64,000 nucleotides of DNA from positions 1 through 64,000 of the IMG/VR virus record IMGVR_UViG_3300044712_000786, one strand, 5' to 3'. The stretch is from a virus. Taxonomy: Duplodnaviria > Caudoviricetes. Below are positions 10,140-21,000 of this stretch, piece by piece; positions within the stretch are counted from its first letter, which is position 1; every line of letters starts with the position of its first letter. The notes under the pieces were generated by a model. It did not search any database. It worked only from the letters and a program-made list of their open reading frames with translations, and had not been told where the DNA came from. A program made the translations under genes and the position numbers.

Positions 10140-10664
10140 ATGTCGTTATACAATGTAGCTACTTGGTCAAGCGCAATAGATTATCCAGAGCATTCTATTG
10201 TTTGGGGCGGAAGCTCGTTCCCATATTATTACTATGCCCTAGTATCACATACCTCAACGGCCTCGCTAGAGAATGATATTAATAATGGCAAATGGGGTGG
10301 TATTGCTAAATTCCGAAGTCAGAGTAGAGCTAACTTTATCTGGAAACCGTCTTATAACCCTAATATTCGGACAGAACCCACCATTAAAGTAATTAAATTT
10401 GGTGATGGTTACGAGCAAAGAGCGCCAGATGGCATATCTAATGATTTGCTGCAAATAGACTACGTATTCGAAAACCGTAATCTAGCCGAAGCTACAGCTA
10501 TAGCCCACTTTTTGAGAACTAGGGGGGCTTGGGAATCATTTCTGCATACTCCACCAGCGCCTTACGATGAATCCAAACTCTTTGTATGCAGGGCTTGGGA
10601 CTTTGTCCCCGTCTTTATTGATAACTTTAGGATAACGGCTAAATTTGAGGAACAGGTTGTATAA
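10140..10664 (+). CDS. Minor tail protein, lambda gpM-like, with N-terminal aromatic CBM5/12-like module
   Basis: VIKFGDGYEQRAPDGI...HFLRTRGAWESFLHTPP...ITAKFEEQV is the gpM pattern. First gene of an M-L-K-I-J run. Confidence 0.85.
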   Translation: MSLYNVATWSSAIDYPEHSIVWGGSSFPYYYYALVSHTSTASLENDINNGKWGGIAKFRSQSRANFIWKPSYNPNIRTEPTIKVIKFGDGYEQRAPDGISNDLLQIDYVFENRNLAEATAIAHFLRTRGAWESFLHTPPAPYDESKLFVCRAWDFVPVFIDNFRITAKFEEQVV

Positions 10665-11650
10665 TGGATAAGGAAACAGCACAAGGTAGTATAAAAGAGC
10701 TAAATTCGGAGTTAATTAAATTAACGCCAACGGCAATCATTTCTTTATTCGAAATAGATTTTACTGACATTGCTATTGACTTAGGCGTCAATCTGTTTTC
10801 TACTGGCACTGTATTTCGATTTCATAATACTAAATCTTTACTAAGCACTACTATTACTTGGAGGGGTCTTAGGTATGTTGGAGCACCAATTCAAGCGGAA
10901 GGATTTGAGCTTAGTTACTCTGGTAGTCCCCCTACGCCTACTATCTCTATTACTTCATCTGAGGAAGGTATTCCAGCTATTGCACAAATCAAAGATTCAA
11001 TTCGTTCTATAGGAGATTTGATAGGAGCTAAAGTAACTAGGTATAGAACGATGGCTAAGTTTCTTTTGGAGAAAGACGAAACAGTAGAATTTCCGCCAGA
11101 TATCTATTTCGTGTCTAGAAAATCAAAAGAAAATAAGTTCATATTGGAATACGAACTAGCCTCTATTTTAGATATAGATGACATAGTATTACCAAGGAGG
11201 ATAGTAAGCATAAAGCGATGTCCATTCAGATATAGAGGTATTGGCTGTTTTTACGATTGTAAAAAGAACCTTAAAAATGACGCAGACTTTTACGCCAGCG
11301 AAGAATGTTCCCCCAACGACTGGAAAGAGGATACTCAGTTAGTAAAACCTGTAGCCACAATTAATGATGTATTAATAACAGATGTTATCAGTGATGTAAC
11401 CCTAAAACCCAGAGACGCTTATGACTTAAATGCCCAATACAGCAGGGGCGACTATTTCTATATCAATAAAGATAATGTCAATTACTATTACGTAGTGCTT
11501 AAATCAGCGTTAGGGGTTCCCCCTCCTAATGACGAATATTACATACCCGACCAATGCTCTAAAAGTGTTTTTGGGTGTTCGTTGCGATGGGGCAACTCAG
11601 AATCAATCCCATTCGGAGGCTTTCCTTCTGTAAAAAGTAGATATGAATAA
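10664..11650 (+). CDS. Minor tail protein, lambda gpL-like
   Basis: ISLFEIDF, YVGAPIQAEGFE, GAKVTRYRT, LEYELAS, and four C-terminal Cys (CPFRYRGIGC; QCSKSVFGC..RWG...PFGGFP) corresponding to the gpL Fe-S ligands. Confidence 0.9.
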   Translation: MDKETAQGSIKELNSELIKLTPTAIISLFEIDFTDIAIDLGVNLFSTGTVFRFHNTKSLLSTTITWRGLRYVGAPIQAEGFELSYSGSPPTPTISITSSEEGIPAIAQIKDSIRSIGDLIGAKVTRYRTMAKFLLEKDETVEFPPDIYFVSRKSKENKFILEYELASILDIDDIVLPRRIVSIKRCPFRYRGIGCFYDCKKNLKNDADFYASEECSPNDWKEDTQLVKPVATINDVLITDVISDVTLKPRDAYDLNAQYSRGDYFYINKDNVNYYYVVLKSALGVPPPNDEYYIPDQCSKSVFGCSLRWGNSESIPFGGFPSVKSRYE

Positions 11651-12353
11651 CTTAAGAGATAGTCATTTAAGCCTAATTAGGGAACATGCTGAAAAAGTAT
11701 ATCCAGAGGAATGCTGTGGTTTAATTATTTCTGTTTCAGATGCTTTCGTAATTCTGGAATGCAAAAACACGGCAGAAGATAAGAACCATTTCTTTTCATT
11801 GTCTCCAACCGACTATATTCGCGGGGGGCAGATAGGGAAAATAGTTGGTTACTATCATTCCGAAAATATACCAGTGGATGGGCGAGTGTTTTCAGAGTTA
11901 GATATTATTAATTTTAAAATTCATGGTTTATGGTCAGTGATTTATAATAACATATCTAAACAGTTCTATTGTTTATCGGGTCAGGAGGAACTTAAATACT
12001 TGGGCAGAAATTTCAGCATTGGTAATAGCGATTGCTTTTCTCTCGTGAGGGATTACTTGAAAAACGAACTTGGAATTAACGTAAGGGACTATAAAAGAGA
12101 TTCCAAATGGTTCCTTAAATCACCAAGACTATGGCTAGATAATTACTCATCTGAAGGTTTTCGTCCGACAAATGTAGCTCAAAAAAACGATATTATCCTT
12201 TTCGGAGAATTCGATTTACCTACGCACGCTGGCGTCTATATGGGTAATAACCTCATATTACATCATCCTAGAAATCAATGGTCTACAATTGAACCTATTA
12301 ATGAGAATCTTAGACAACAAATCAAACTTATTTTAAGATATGAACCTAGTTAA
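11643..12353 (+). CDS. Tail assembly protein, lambda gpK-like (JAB/MPN + NlpC/P60)
   Basis: PEECCGLI and YHSE...FSELD (JAB); SDCFSLVRDY, HAGVYMG and ILHH (NlpC/P60). Confidence 0.9.
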   Translation: MNNLRDSHLSLIREHAEKVYPEECCGLIISVSDAFVILECKNTAEDKNHFFSLSPTDYIRGGQIGKIVGYYHSENIPVDGRVFSELDIINFKIHGLWSVIYNNISKQFYCLSGQEELKYLGRNFSIGNSDCFSLVRDYLKNELGINVRDYKRDSKWFLKSPRLWLDNYSSEGFRPTNVAQKNDIILFGEFDLPTHAGVYMGNNLILHHPRNQWSTIEPINENLRQQIKLILRYEPS

Positions 12354-12975
12354 TATTAAATTGCACGGTCATTTAGGAGAAAAAATAGGCTCAGAATGGA
12401 ATCTCGCCGTTTCCAGCATTAGGGAAGCGTTGCACGCAATTAATACTTTAACCAAGGGCAAACTGAATCGATATTTAGCTAAGACAGAACAAGGACACGC
12501 AAAATATAGATTTCTTATTAATGAAGAAAATGTGAAGCATAGCGTTCCCATAATAGACGAATCTAATAAAGAAGAAGTATCTAAAACAGAACTCTATACA
12601 GAAAGAAGTGACTTGCGTTCAATAGATATCGTCCCAGTCATTGAGGGTAGCGAATTAAATCAAATCCTTGGGGCGGTTTTACTAGTCATAGGTATAGTCT
12701 TGATGTTTATTCCCGGTCTCCAGCCCGTGGGATTCATGTTAGCTCTAGCGGGTATTGGAATGTTGCTCAGCAAGCCACCAGAGAAAGAAGACTTCAGAGA
12801 TATACAGGGCGCTGGCGAAACATCTTATTACTTTTCGGGTGGTCAAAATATAGTAGGCGAGGGGGGACCCGTTCCCCTAGGTTATGGGGAGTGCGTAGTT
12901 GGAAGCCAAACTATCAGCGTCAAAAATGGTATAGTTATGAGAGACTATATGGGAAAGGTAATTACTTTATTATAA
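12340..12975 (+). CDS. Tail assembly protein, lambda gpI-like
   Basis: IKLHGHLGEKIG...SIREALHAI, IDIVPVIEG, a hydrophobic Gly-rich segment, and SYYFSG...GGPVPLGYGECVVGS. Confidence 0.9.
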   Translation: MNLVNIKLHGHLGEKIGSEWNLAVSSIREALHAINTLTKGKLNRYLAKTEQGHAKYRFLINEENVKHSVPIIDESNKEEVSKTELYTERSDLRSIDIVPVIEGSELNQILGAVLLVIGIVLMFIPGLQPVGFMLALAGIGMLLSKPPEKEDFRDIQGAGETSYYFSGGQNIVGEGGPVPLGYGECVVGSQTISVKNGIVMRDYMGKVITLL

Positions 12976-12976
12976 T

Positions 12977-15900
12977 ATGCAAGAAGCAGTAGAAGGTCTA
13001 TATGTTCCTGTAACTGGCGTGGCGTTTACCTTTTGGGACCCATTTGGCCCTGAGTATACTTTTGGCCCTTTTAGCAGGACTGTCAATGATACTACTTACA
13101 CTAAATGTAAGTCTATCCAGACCATTGACGTTTTAGACCTAGTATCTGAAGGGGAAATCTTCGGCTTTCCTCAGTATGATTATCATTTAGAGAATTATGG
13201 AACTGGGGGGCATGTAGGATATCAAAATTATCCCACAGATAATAGCGCACGAACTAATATTAGCCCTACTTCTAATGTCTACTATAATGATGTTCCTATT
13301 CAGAACGAACAGGGGCAATATAATTTCTCGTTTTTCGATTATGATATTTCATTAGGAAATTCTCAGGGGACTACTTCCGAAGGGAATATTTTTTCGTCTA
13401 CAGAGTCTAAATATCTTTCTCGAACTATAGGAACTAGACTATATGCCTCTACAATGGAAAATGCTAGTCATCCAGCTATTAAACCATTAGTCAATCCCCC
13501 TCCTTATCAGGATATGATGGGGGTAAATAGTTACGCGAATGATGAGGATACTTCTAATTTTGTTCATTATACTGTAATGTATGAAGGAAAATGGTTTACC
13601 GCTAGTGATGTTTCAGAAGCTCACCCATATTTACAGCCTTTAACTACTGAATTTAAATCAATATTAGGGTCTAGGATTGACGAACCCTTCGGTGCCGCTA
13701 GAACCATGCACGAAATTGGGGAAGCTGGTGGTAATATGGCTTGGCCGAAAGACTTACCTATAGGCGGCGAACCTCCTGATTATCCACATGCTAACGCACA
13801 AGTATTCAGAATATCTAATAGAGAATGCGCGGGAGTAGTTATTATTTTCCGAATTGGTGGATTACTATTTCAAGTTTTACAGGGTTATGATGATTTAGCG
13901 GACCAAGGAGATACCCTTAATAATACTATTTACGCCCATGCTACTTATAGGCCCGTTTTTAAAGACCCTAAAAGTCCACTCTCGGTTTGGAAAAAGACCC
14001 CGCTCTATCCTAAGACGGTCACAATGACTGGGAAGATTACTTCTCAGACATTCTATTCAATGGCCGTTGACTTTGACCCTTATGATATAGAATATTTCAA
14101 AAACTATCCCGACCTAATAGGATGGGAAATAATGATATACAGAAGCACGGCAGATTCTATACATTCTTATAATCGTTCTGACCTATTCATTGACAGCATT
14201 CTTGAAAAGTATTTTTATCCATTAAAATATCCTTATTCGGCTATTGTAAGGTCTTCTTTCAGCGCAGAATTCTTTAGCAGCATCCCTACGCGCTCTTATA
14301 ATTTATTACTTAAGAAGGTGAGGGTTCCCGAAGGATATGACACAATTACTAGGACTTATCCAGACATATGGAATGGAGTATTTAGCTCGGAAAAGAAATG
14401 GAGCAATAATCCAGTATGGTGCTATTATGATTTAATGACAAACAGGAGATATGGTTTGGGAGACTATATCAAACCAAGTCAAATAGATAAATGGACGCTA
14501 TATCAGATTGCTCAATATTGCGATACTTTAGTAGAGGACGGTTACGGGGGGCTAGAACCCCGCTTTACATTTAATTGGTGGTTTACTTCTAGGGAAGAAG
14601 CCTACAAGATAATGCAAGACATGTCTAGCGTTTTTAACTCCATGATTTATTATAATTGTGGGGCTATTTCCACAATTCAGGATTCGCCTAAAGAGCCAGT
14701 ATACCTATTTACTAACGCTAATGTCGAAGATGGCGACTTCCAATACAGTTCTTCCGCTAAAAGGGATAGGCATTCGGTAGCAATAGTAAGGTATAACGAC
14801 AAATTTAATTTGTATAAACCAGCTATTGAGTATGTAGAAGATATAGACGCCATTAGAAAATACGGAATTAGGGAGAAAGAATTAACGGCCTTTGGGTGCT
14901 CAAGTAGGGGACAAGCTATCCGCTTGGGACGTTGGATACTACTCAGCGAAACTTTAGAAACTGAAATTATTAATTTCACTGCGGGTCAGGAAGCTTCGAT
15001 TCTAAGACCGGGGGACGTATTTGGTGTTTTTGATGCTCATCGGCAAGTTAGGAAATACGCTGGTAGAACCATGGCTATAACTGGTTTGGGCGCTGGTCTT
15101 GGAACAAAATTTGTTCTAGATAGAACAGTGGGGGAATTAGACCCACAAACAACTTATAGTTTTAAATTACTTACGCCGACTTATAACTATGATAATACTG
15201 AAATAACGGATTTAGACTCAAGTGATATAGCAGATATTCGTAGAAGCCATATTCAGAGCTTTAATTTTAGCGGGTTGAATATGACAACTGGCAACGGTTA
15301 TTCATACTTAACCGTCACTGGCGATATAAATACTTCTGGTTATAACATTACCGACAGTTCCATCTGGACAATAGATTTGGCGAATGGAGCTAATTACAAC
15401 AATGAAGTTTTCGAAAAATATCATACCAATTATTACAGGGTAGTAAAAATTACCGAAAAAGAAGGTAATAAATATGACGTTGGCGGATTACAGTATTCTC
15501 CTGAAAAATTCTCATTGGCAGAAAGTGGCGTTGCCTTTTCTACGGGGCATATGGTTAACATAGAACCAAAAGTTCCCCTATCTCCATTAAAAATAAAAGA
15601 TACATGGTTTTGGTATAATTTGGGTGACCATCATGTCTATTACGATTATGGTCTATATGGCGGTCTATCTTTTGGGCTAACTCCAAGTTCCCCATCGTTG
15701 GAGTCTCAAAATGTTGATACTATTCTAGTCTATGCAACGGGACAGCAAGCATCCGTTGGCAATCCTAACGGTTATCCAGCATATGTAGAATCACCAATGT
15801 TCCAACAAAACACGATGGTTCCTCCCCTAGGTAACTTAGTCTATATAAGGAACGGTCCTCAAAATTCTATTGAGCAGGAAACGAATATTCCATTTTTAAC

Positions 15901-17080
15901 TAGGATGGATAATTATGCTTTCAACTCTCTGGTTAAGTTTAAGGTATTCACCCGCAATAATGCAACTAATACCTATTGTCTTACTCCTTTTATTACAGGT
16001 ATCCTATTACCTAAGTTATATTATTATGGACCTAACGTATTACCTTCAAGTAAGATAGGCGGATTAAGATATAGTGAAACCAGCGAAAAAGGAAGAAAAA
16101 TTATATCCAATTCTTATAATCCAACATTTACTTGGCAATTGGCGTTTACTGGAGTGCCATTGGATACAGAGCCCCGTTTTAGAGCGACTATTCGTCCCCC
16201 TACATATACGGACGCTACGCCAATTTATCAGACTGGATATTACGAAACCACTGGTATTGGAACATCGTTTACTTTTGATTTCGACACTAACAAAGGTTTG
16301 ATAGGGGGACCGTATAGAGATTATGACGTTGTTATTGAATACGTAGACTCGCAAGGAAACACTTCCACAAATAGCACGATGGGTTCCTTTACGGGTGACT
16401 TTTCCAGACCCTTCTCTTATGACGTAATTACCTTGGTCAATCCTAGGCAGACGGGAATAGAGCTTTCGACTAGTATTCCTACTGCGCCTTACAGCGGGGC
16501 GGCAAAAGCTGCTCACTCAGGAAGTCATATATCCTCCCAATGGATTGGACCCAACGGAGATATTTCGATTCATTTCCATAGTGGCCTTTTCAATGAAGAC
16601 TTAGTAGGTGGTTATATTTATGTCAGTTCAGGGGAGTTCCCCAAGAGGGAAGCCGTCTTAGCGAATACTGGAGACTTTAGATACACTACGGGCAACCTAT
16701 GTGTTTATAGATATAAGTTCTCTGATTTCAGTAAAACTAATCCTTATATTTACCATCCTTATGCCGCTCAACATATCAAGGGTCTTCCGACTGGATATAT
16801 TTCAGTAAGCTTTACTGATTGGGTAGATGATTTCAGAATACAAACTCGACCCATAAGCCAGCATATAGAAAGTATCACTGGCCTATATGTCTCTGATAAT
16901 GCCCTAATACTTAATAAGGCGGAAGTTGGGACTCTTACTTTTTCTGAAACGTTGGAGATTAAGAGGATGAATAACGAATCAGTCGGCTCAATCAAGTTAG
17001 TCAATGATGGTGGTGTAACTAGATTAGTAACCGTAGATAAGAATGGCGATGAGACTATAATGTCATCTAGCTTAACATGA
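12977..17080 (+). CDS. Tail tip/central fibre protein, lambda gpJ-like
   Basis: DVLDLVSEGEI, SAEFFSSIPTRSY, WSNNPVWCYYDLMTNRRYGLG, EPRFTFN, GCSSRGQAIRLGRW, LRPGDVF. Confidence 0.9.
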   Translation: MQEAVEGLYVPVTGVAFTFWDPFGPEYTFGPFSRTVNDTTYTKCKSIQTIDVLDLVSEGEIFGFPQYDYHLENYGTGGHVGYQNYPTDNSARTNISPTSNVYYNDVPIQNEQGQYNFSFFDYDISLGNSQGTTSEGNIFSSTESKYLSRTIGTRLYASTMENASHPAIKPLVNPPPYQDMMGVNSYANDEDTSNFVHYTVMYEGKWFTASDVSEAHPYLQPLTTEFKSILGSRIDEPFGAARTMHEIGEAGGNMAWPKDLPIGGEPPDYPHANAQVFRISNRECAGVVIIFRIGGLLFQVLQGYDDLADQGDTLNNTIYAHATYRPVFKDPKSPLSVWKKTPLYPKTVTMTGKITSQTFYSMAVDFDPYDIEYFKNYPDLIGWEIMIYRSTADSIHSYNRSDLFIDSILEKYFYPLKYPYSAIVRSSFSAEFFSSIPTRSYNLLLKKVRVPEGYDTITRTYPDIWNGVFSSEKKWSNNPVWCYYDLMTNRRYGLGDYIKPSQIDKWTLYQIAQYCDTLVEDGYGGLEPRFTFNWWFTSREEAYKIMQDMSSVFNSMIYYNCGAISTIQDSPKEPVYLFTNANVEDGDFQYSSSAKRDRHSVAIVRYNDKFNLYKPAIEYVEDIDAIRKYGIREKELTAFGCSSRGQAIRLGRWILLSETLETEIINFTAGQEASILRPGDVFGVFDAHRQVRKYAGRTMAITGLGAGLGTKFVLDRTVGELDPQTTYSFKLLTPTYNYDNTEITDLDSSDIADIRRSHIQSFNFSGLNMTTGNGYSYLTVTGDINTSGYNITDSSIWTIDLANGANYNNEVFEKYHTNYYRVVKITEKEGNKYDVGGLQYSPEKFSLAESGVAFSTGHMVNIEPKVPLSPLKIKDTWFWYNLGDHHVYYDYGLYGGLSFGLTPSSPSLESQNVDTILVYATGQQASVGNPNGYPAYVESPMFQQNTMVPPLGNLVYIRNGPQNSIEQETNIPFLTRMDNYAFNSLVKFKVFTRNNATNTYCLTPFITGILLPKLYYYGPNVLPSSKIGGLRYSETSEKGRKIISNSYNPTFTWQLAFTGVPLDTEPRFRATIRPPTYTDATPIYQTGYYETTGIGTSFTFDFDTNKGLIGGPYRDYDVVIEYVDSQGNTSTNSTMGSFTGDFSRPFSYDVITLVNPRQTGIELSTSIPTAPYSGAAKAAHSGSHISSQWIGPNGDISIHFHSGLFNEDLVGGYIYVSSGEFPKREAVLANTGDFRYTTGNLCVYRYKFSDFSKTNPYIYHPYAAQHIKGLPTGYISVSFTDWVDDFRIQTRPISQHIESITGLYVSDNALILNKAEVGTLTFSETLEIKRMNNESVGSIKLVNDGGVTRLVTVDKNGDETIMSSSLT

Positions 17081-18036
17081 TAACTAAATACATAGGCGAT
17101 AGATATGTTGGTTTGTCTTCGGACACTAAACCAGCTAATCTAAAAGACGGAGGACAGTTCGAAGAAATCGATACTGGTAAAAGGTATACGTTCATCAGTG
17201 GCGGCTGGATTTGGAATACCCAAAGGGAAATTCAGGACATTTTACCTGATGGCGTTAATATAACAGGGGGAAATTACGACTATGGATATAACACTTCGGG
17301 ATTTGATACATTCGATGTTTCAGGGGCCTTAGGTTTTATTTACGAGACTGGCAAACATCAACTGGAAGTAGTGGTTGACGGAGTTAGATTGGTTCCTAAT
17401 TTAGATTATGAAGAAACAAGTACGTCTATTATTACATTTAAGTATCTGCTTCCTTCGTATAGCGATATTTATGTAAAGGCTATCTATCCTAGTGCTACTG
17501 CGGGTGCTCCCGACCAGACCATTACTTACGAAGTAACTGGAGACTCCACATTCCTAATGGTTACTGGGGCTCAAGACGTATCTGGCGTTAAAACATTTAA
17601 AGTTCCAGCATTTTTTGAAAGTGGCCTTTATATTTCTGGAAAAGCGGCTACAACGGGCGGTCCATATTATCCCCTTAGTGCAAACCCTAATGGTTATTTA
17701 ACAAGTTCCACGGTGGGGGGCGTGAATTACTTGAGCGTGACAGGGAAAAATATCTCTGGCACTGTCGGAATTTCTGGCAAAGGTTCAATCTATGTAACGA
17801 CTGGAAACAACAACACAATCCTAATTAGCGGCTCCAATTCTACCTTAGTAGACGATGGAACGTTTGTAAGAACTAGTGGAGACCAAATCATTTCAGGAAA
17901 TAAGTCTTTTAAAAATAACGTTTATATTAGTGGGATAGCCGAACTTTCTGGAATATCAGTTAGGGCTAGCGATGGGACTACCCATCCTCTTACTATGATA
18001 AAAACAGGCAGTCTTTACATTTTTCAGATAGATTAA
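17077..18036 (+). CDS. Tail fibre-associated protein
   Basis: SG/TG-rich. LEVVVDGVRLVPNLDYEE motif. Shares the GGPYYPLS.NP.GYLT / YLSVTGK module with the next gene. Confidence 0.55.
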   Translation: MITKYIGDRYVGLSSDTKPANLKDGGQFEEIDTGKRYTFISGGWIWNTQREIQDILPDGVNITGGNYDYGYNTSGFDTFDVSGALGFIYETGKHQLEVVVDGVRLVPNLDYEETSTSIITFKYLLPSYSDIYVKAIYPSATAGAPDQTITYEVTGDSTFLMVTGAQDVSGVKTFKVPAFFESGLYISGKAATTGGPYYPLSANPNGYLTSSTVGGVNYLSVTGKNISGTVGISGKGSIYVTTGNNNTILISGSNSTLVDDGTFVRTSGDQIISGNKSFKNNVYISGIAELSGISVRASDGTTHPLTMIKTGSLYIFQID

Positions 18037-18037
18037 T

Positions 18038-21000
18038 ATGGGAACAAGATTAAGAATAGCAGACGGAGGCAGTTTAGAAATATTTTCTTCGGATAATAGC
18101 TATAGGCATATATTATCTGGTACTGCCCAAGGATTTTTGTCCATAGGGAGCAACGGCTATGGAATTAAGTTACAGACTACTACACCGGGAGGATTCGAAG
18201 CGGGGCAGCTATCATTCGATGGGAATGATTTCTATGTAACTACTTATGATGGAGCTAATTTAAACTATGTCAAGGTAGCTACGGGCAACGGTGTAGGAGG
18301 GGGCTCTACTATTAATAACTATTACCAAGGGGTTAATTATCTCTCGGTAACTGGTAAGCAAGTTTCTGGCAACATTCTTTTATCTGGAAGAGGTAATGTA
18401 TTCTTAACAACTGGCTCGAATGGGACAATCTTTATTAGCGGCTCTGGAAGCAATTCCGTATTAGTAGATGACGGAACGTATGTCAGGACAACGGGAAATC
18501 AGTTAATCCAAGGTCTTAAAGTTTTTACTGGATTTTATATTAGCGGAACTGGCATTAATAAAGGTTTATCTAGTCTAACACAAACTTTCGATACTGCAAA
18601 TGGAGCAGTAGAGGCTCTATACGTAGAACCTCCCGCTAGCGTTGGACAACCAAGGAGGGTATTTATAGGTTCAACAAATAAACCCGCCTATAGCCTTAAT
18701 TTAGTTAATTGTCAAGCGGGGATAGAATCATTAAGTAACTTGGTAGCGTCGAATAGCATTGGCCATGTTTTTGATAAATGGAAAGGTGGAGACACTAATC
18801 AGCAAAGCCAATATGGTGCCGCTTACACCATCTGCTTGAAACCGTGGATGTTTGGGGATTATGACCAAGCTTATTCCAGTGTAGATAATTTCGATGATTA
18901 TGGAGTTATAATAGCTTGTCAAACTGGCACCAAGCCTCAATTAGTAATTAAGGCTCCCACTGGTCATAATCTTACAGCAGACTTTACGCAGTGGATGACT
19001 GGTAGCGGAACCAACAAATATATTGTTGCTAAAGTTACTAATGACGGAATATTTTCTGGCAAAAATTTCTACGTAGGGACAATTCCTGTTGTTACTGGAA
19101 ATTCTACCCTAGTTAGAACCTACGGAGACTGGCAACTAGACGGAGAAATTACCTTCACGAATAAGATTCATGCTGATTCGATAATTGGGGGGTCTAATGG
19201 AGCGCTTAGAAATGGGCTGGACGCTGGTCTCCCAATGTCGGTTGATTGGATGAACGGGAAGCTTTATGAAGCTCTTTCTTCTGAAACCCTGAGGCTAGAT
19301 TGGCATAATAGAGTATTGACGGGGGGAATTTGGAATGCTCAAGGATTAAAAGTTTCTGGGGTCTCCGTGTCTACTGGATACGCTTTCGATTCCGATAAAT
19401 TAGATGGTCAACAGGGGAGTTATTATTTAAACGCCGGTAATTTGAACGCTGGTACTTTGCCTAACGCTCGATTATCTTCAAATTCCGCTTACTATTCTAT
19501 AGACCCATTAATTCCTAAATCTAATTTGCCTTATGCAAGTTTGGGTCAGGCGACAATGCTCCAAGCGTCAGTCGTTAAGGGCCTAATGACTAATAAACTT
19601 CAATTTACTCCCCCTGCGTTCATAGATTATACGATAGATTGGTCAACTTGGTCACCATATCCTACTGGTGTGACTGACCCTGTTATTGAGGATGTCTTTT
19701 TAGGAAGATTCGGTAATGGTAATATTAAAGTTTTGTCTATTCCCAATGGCAATTGGTCGGGCCTTAGAATGGTATTTGACGCGGCTTTGTTAGGAGGAAA
19801 TCAATACGTCTATCTAGATGTGCTTCATATGTATGTATCTACTGTTGGTTTGAGTATCAATGTCCAAGTAGAGAAAAGTTGGGGAATGGAAACGGGAGTC
19901 ACGGGATGGATAAACGTAGCGAGTGGCAGTTTTGCTGGATGGCCATGTCATATGACTTTGCCTCATACGGTTATTCCTTGGAGGGCTAATCCAACTACGG
20001 GCACTCACTCAAGATATGTAAGGTTGACTATTGGACAACCAGCTTGGCGTACAGATTCTTATAGTGGTCAGAATATTGAAATTTATAACGTGGATTGGTA
20101 TGGAACTTATCCTAATTCTAATTATCCTGACTCAGTATATTATTGGGACTTTGACAAAAACGTTTATTTCTTTTCTGGTGTTCAGGGTTATAAATGGACA
20201 TCGACCGCCCCTATCGGAGTGGCTCCTTTTACGGTAACCTCTTCTACATTAGTATCTAATCTTAACGCAGACATGTTAGATAGTCAGCATAGTTCCTATT
20301 ATGCCTCTACTGGTTTTGGAGTTCGCAATCTTTCTGTTACTGGTAAATCTATTTCAGGAGCAATTAATTTATCTGGTGCTGGAAATATTTCTATCTTTAC
20401 GGGGGTAAATAACACCATTATTATCAGTGGATTGGGAAGCGTGGGTGGCGCGGGAACGGGAAGTCAAACCCCTTGGACGGGAAACGTAGATGGAAATACA
20501 AAAACACTTACTAATGTAAGTAACATAACCGCTGGTACTATTACAGCTTCTACCAGTATGGCTACGCCAATTATTTATAAGTATTCAGCGGGAAGCAATG
20601 GGAATACTTATATTAATATGGAAACGGCCCAGCTTTATGTAGACCTAATAGGAACTACAGTTGATTGGAGTGGTCGAGTTCTTTCTGGAGATTGGACGGC
20701 TAGTAGTTTATTTATTAGCGGAAAACCAGTCACCACAGGGGGGCCTTACTATCCTTTGAGTTCTAATCCCGCTGGTTATCTGACAACAGCTTATGGAGTT
20801 AGCTATCTCAGCGTTACTGGCAGAAATGTATCAGGAAATATCATTCTTTCTGGACAGGGTGGAATTACCATTTATACTGGTATTAATAATACCATTTTAA
20901 TTAGTGGGTCAAATTCTTCTTTCGTAAGTGATGCGACATATGTTAGAACCACTGGTATTCAGCTTATTCAGGGGATAAAGACGTTTACTGGATTCTATAC

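Noticed and set aside
16064-16516. 150-aa antisense ORF within gpJ, and the other short nested ORFs in the track
   Set aside because: Fully overlap longer, well-supported genes and have no motifs.
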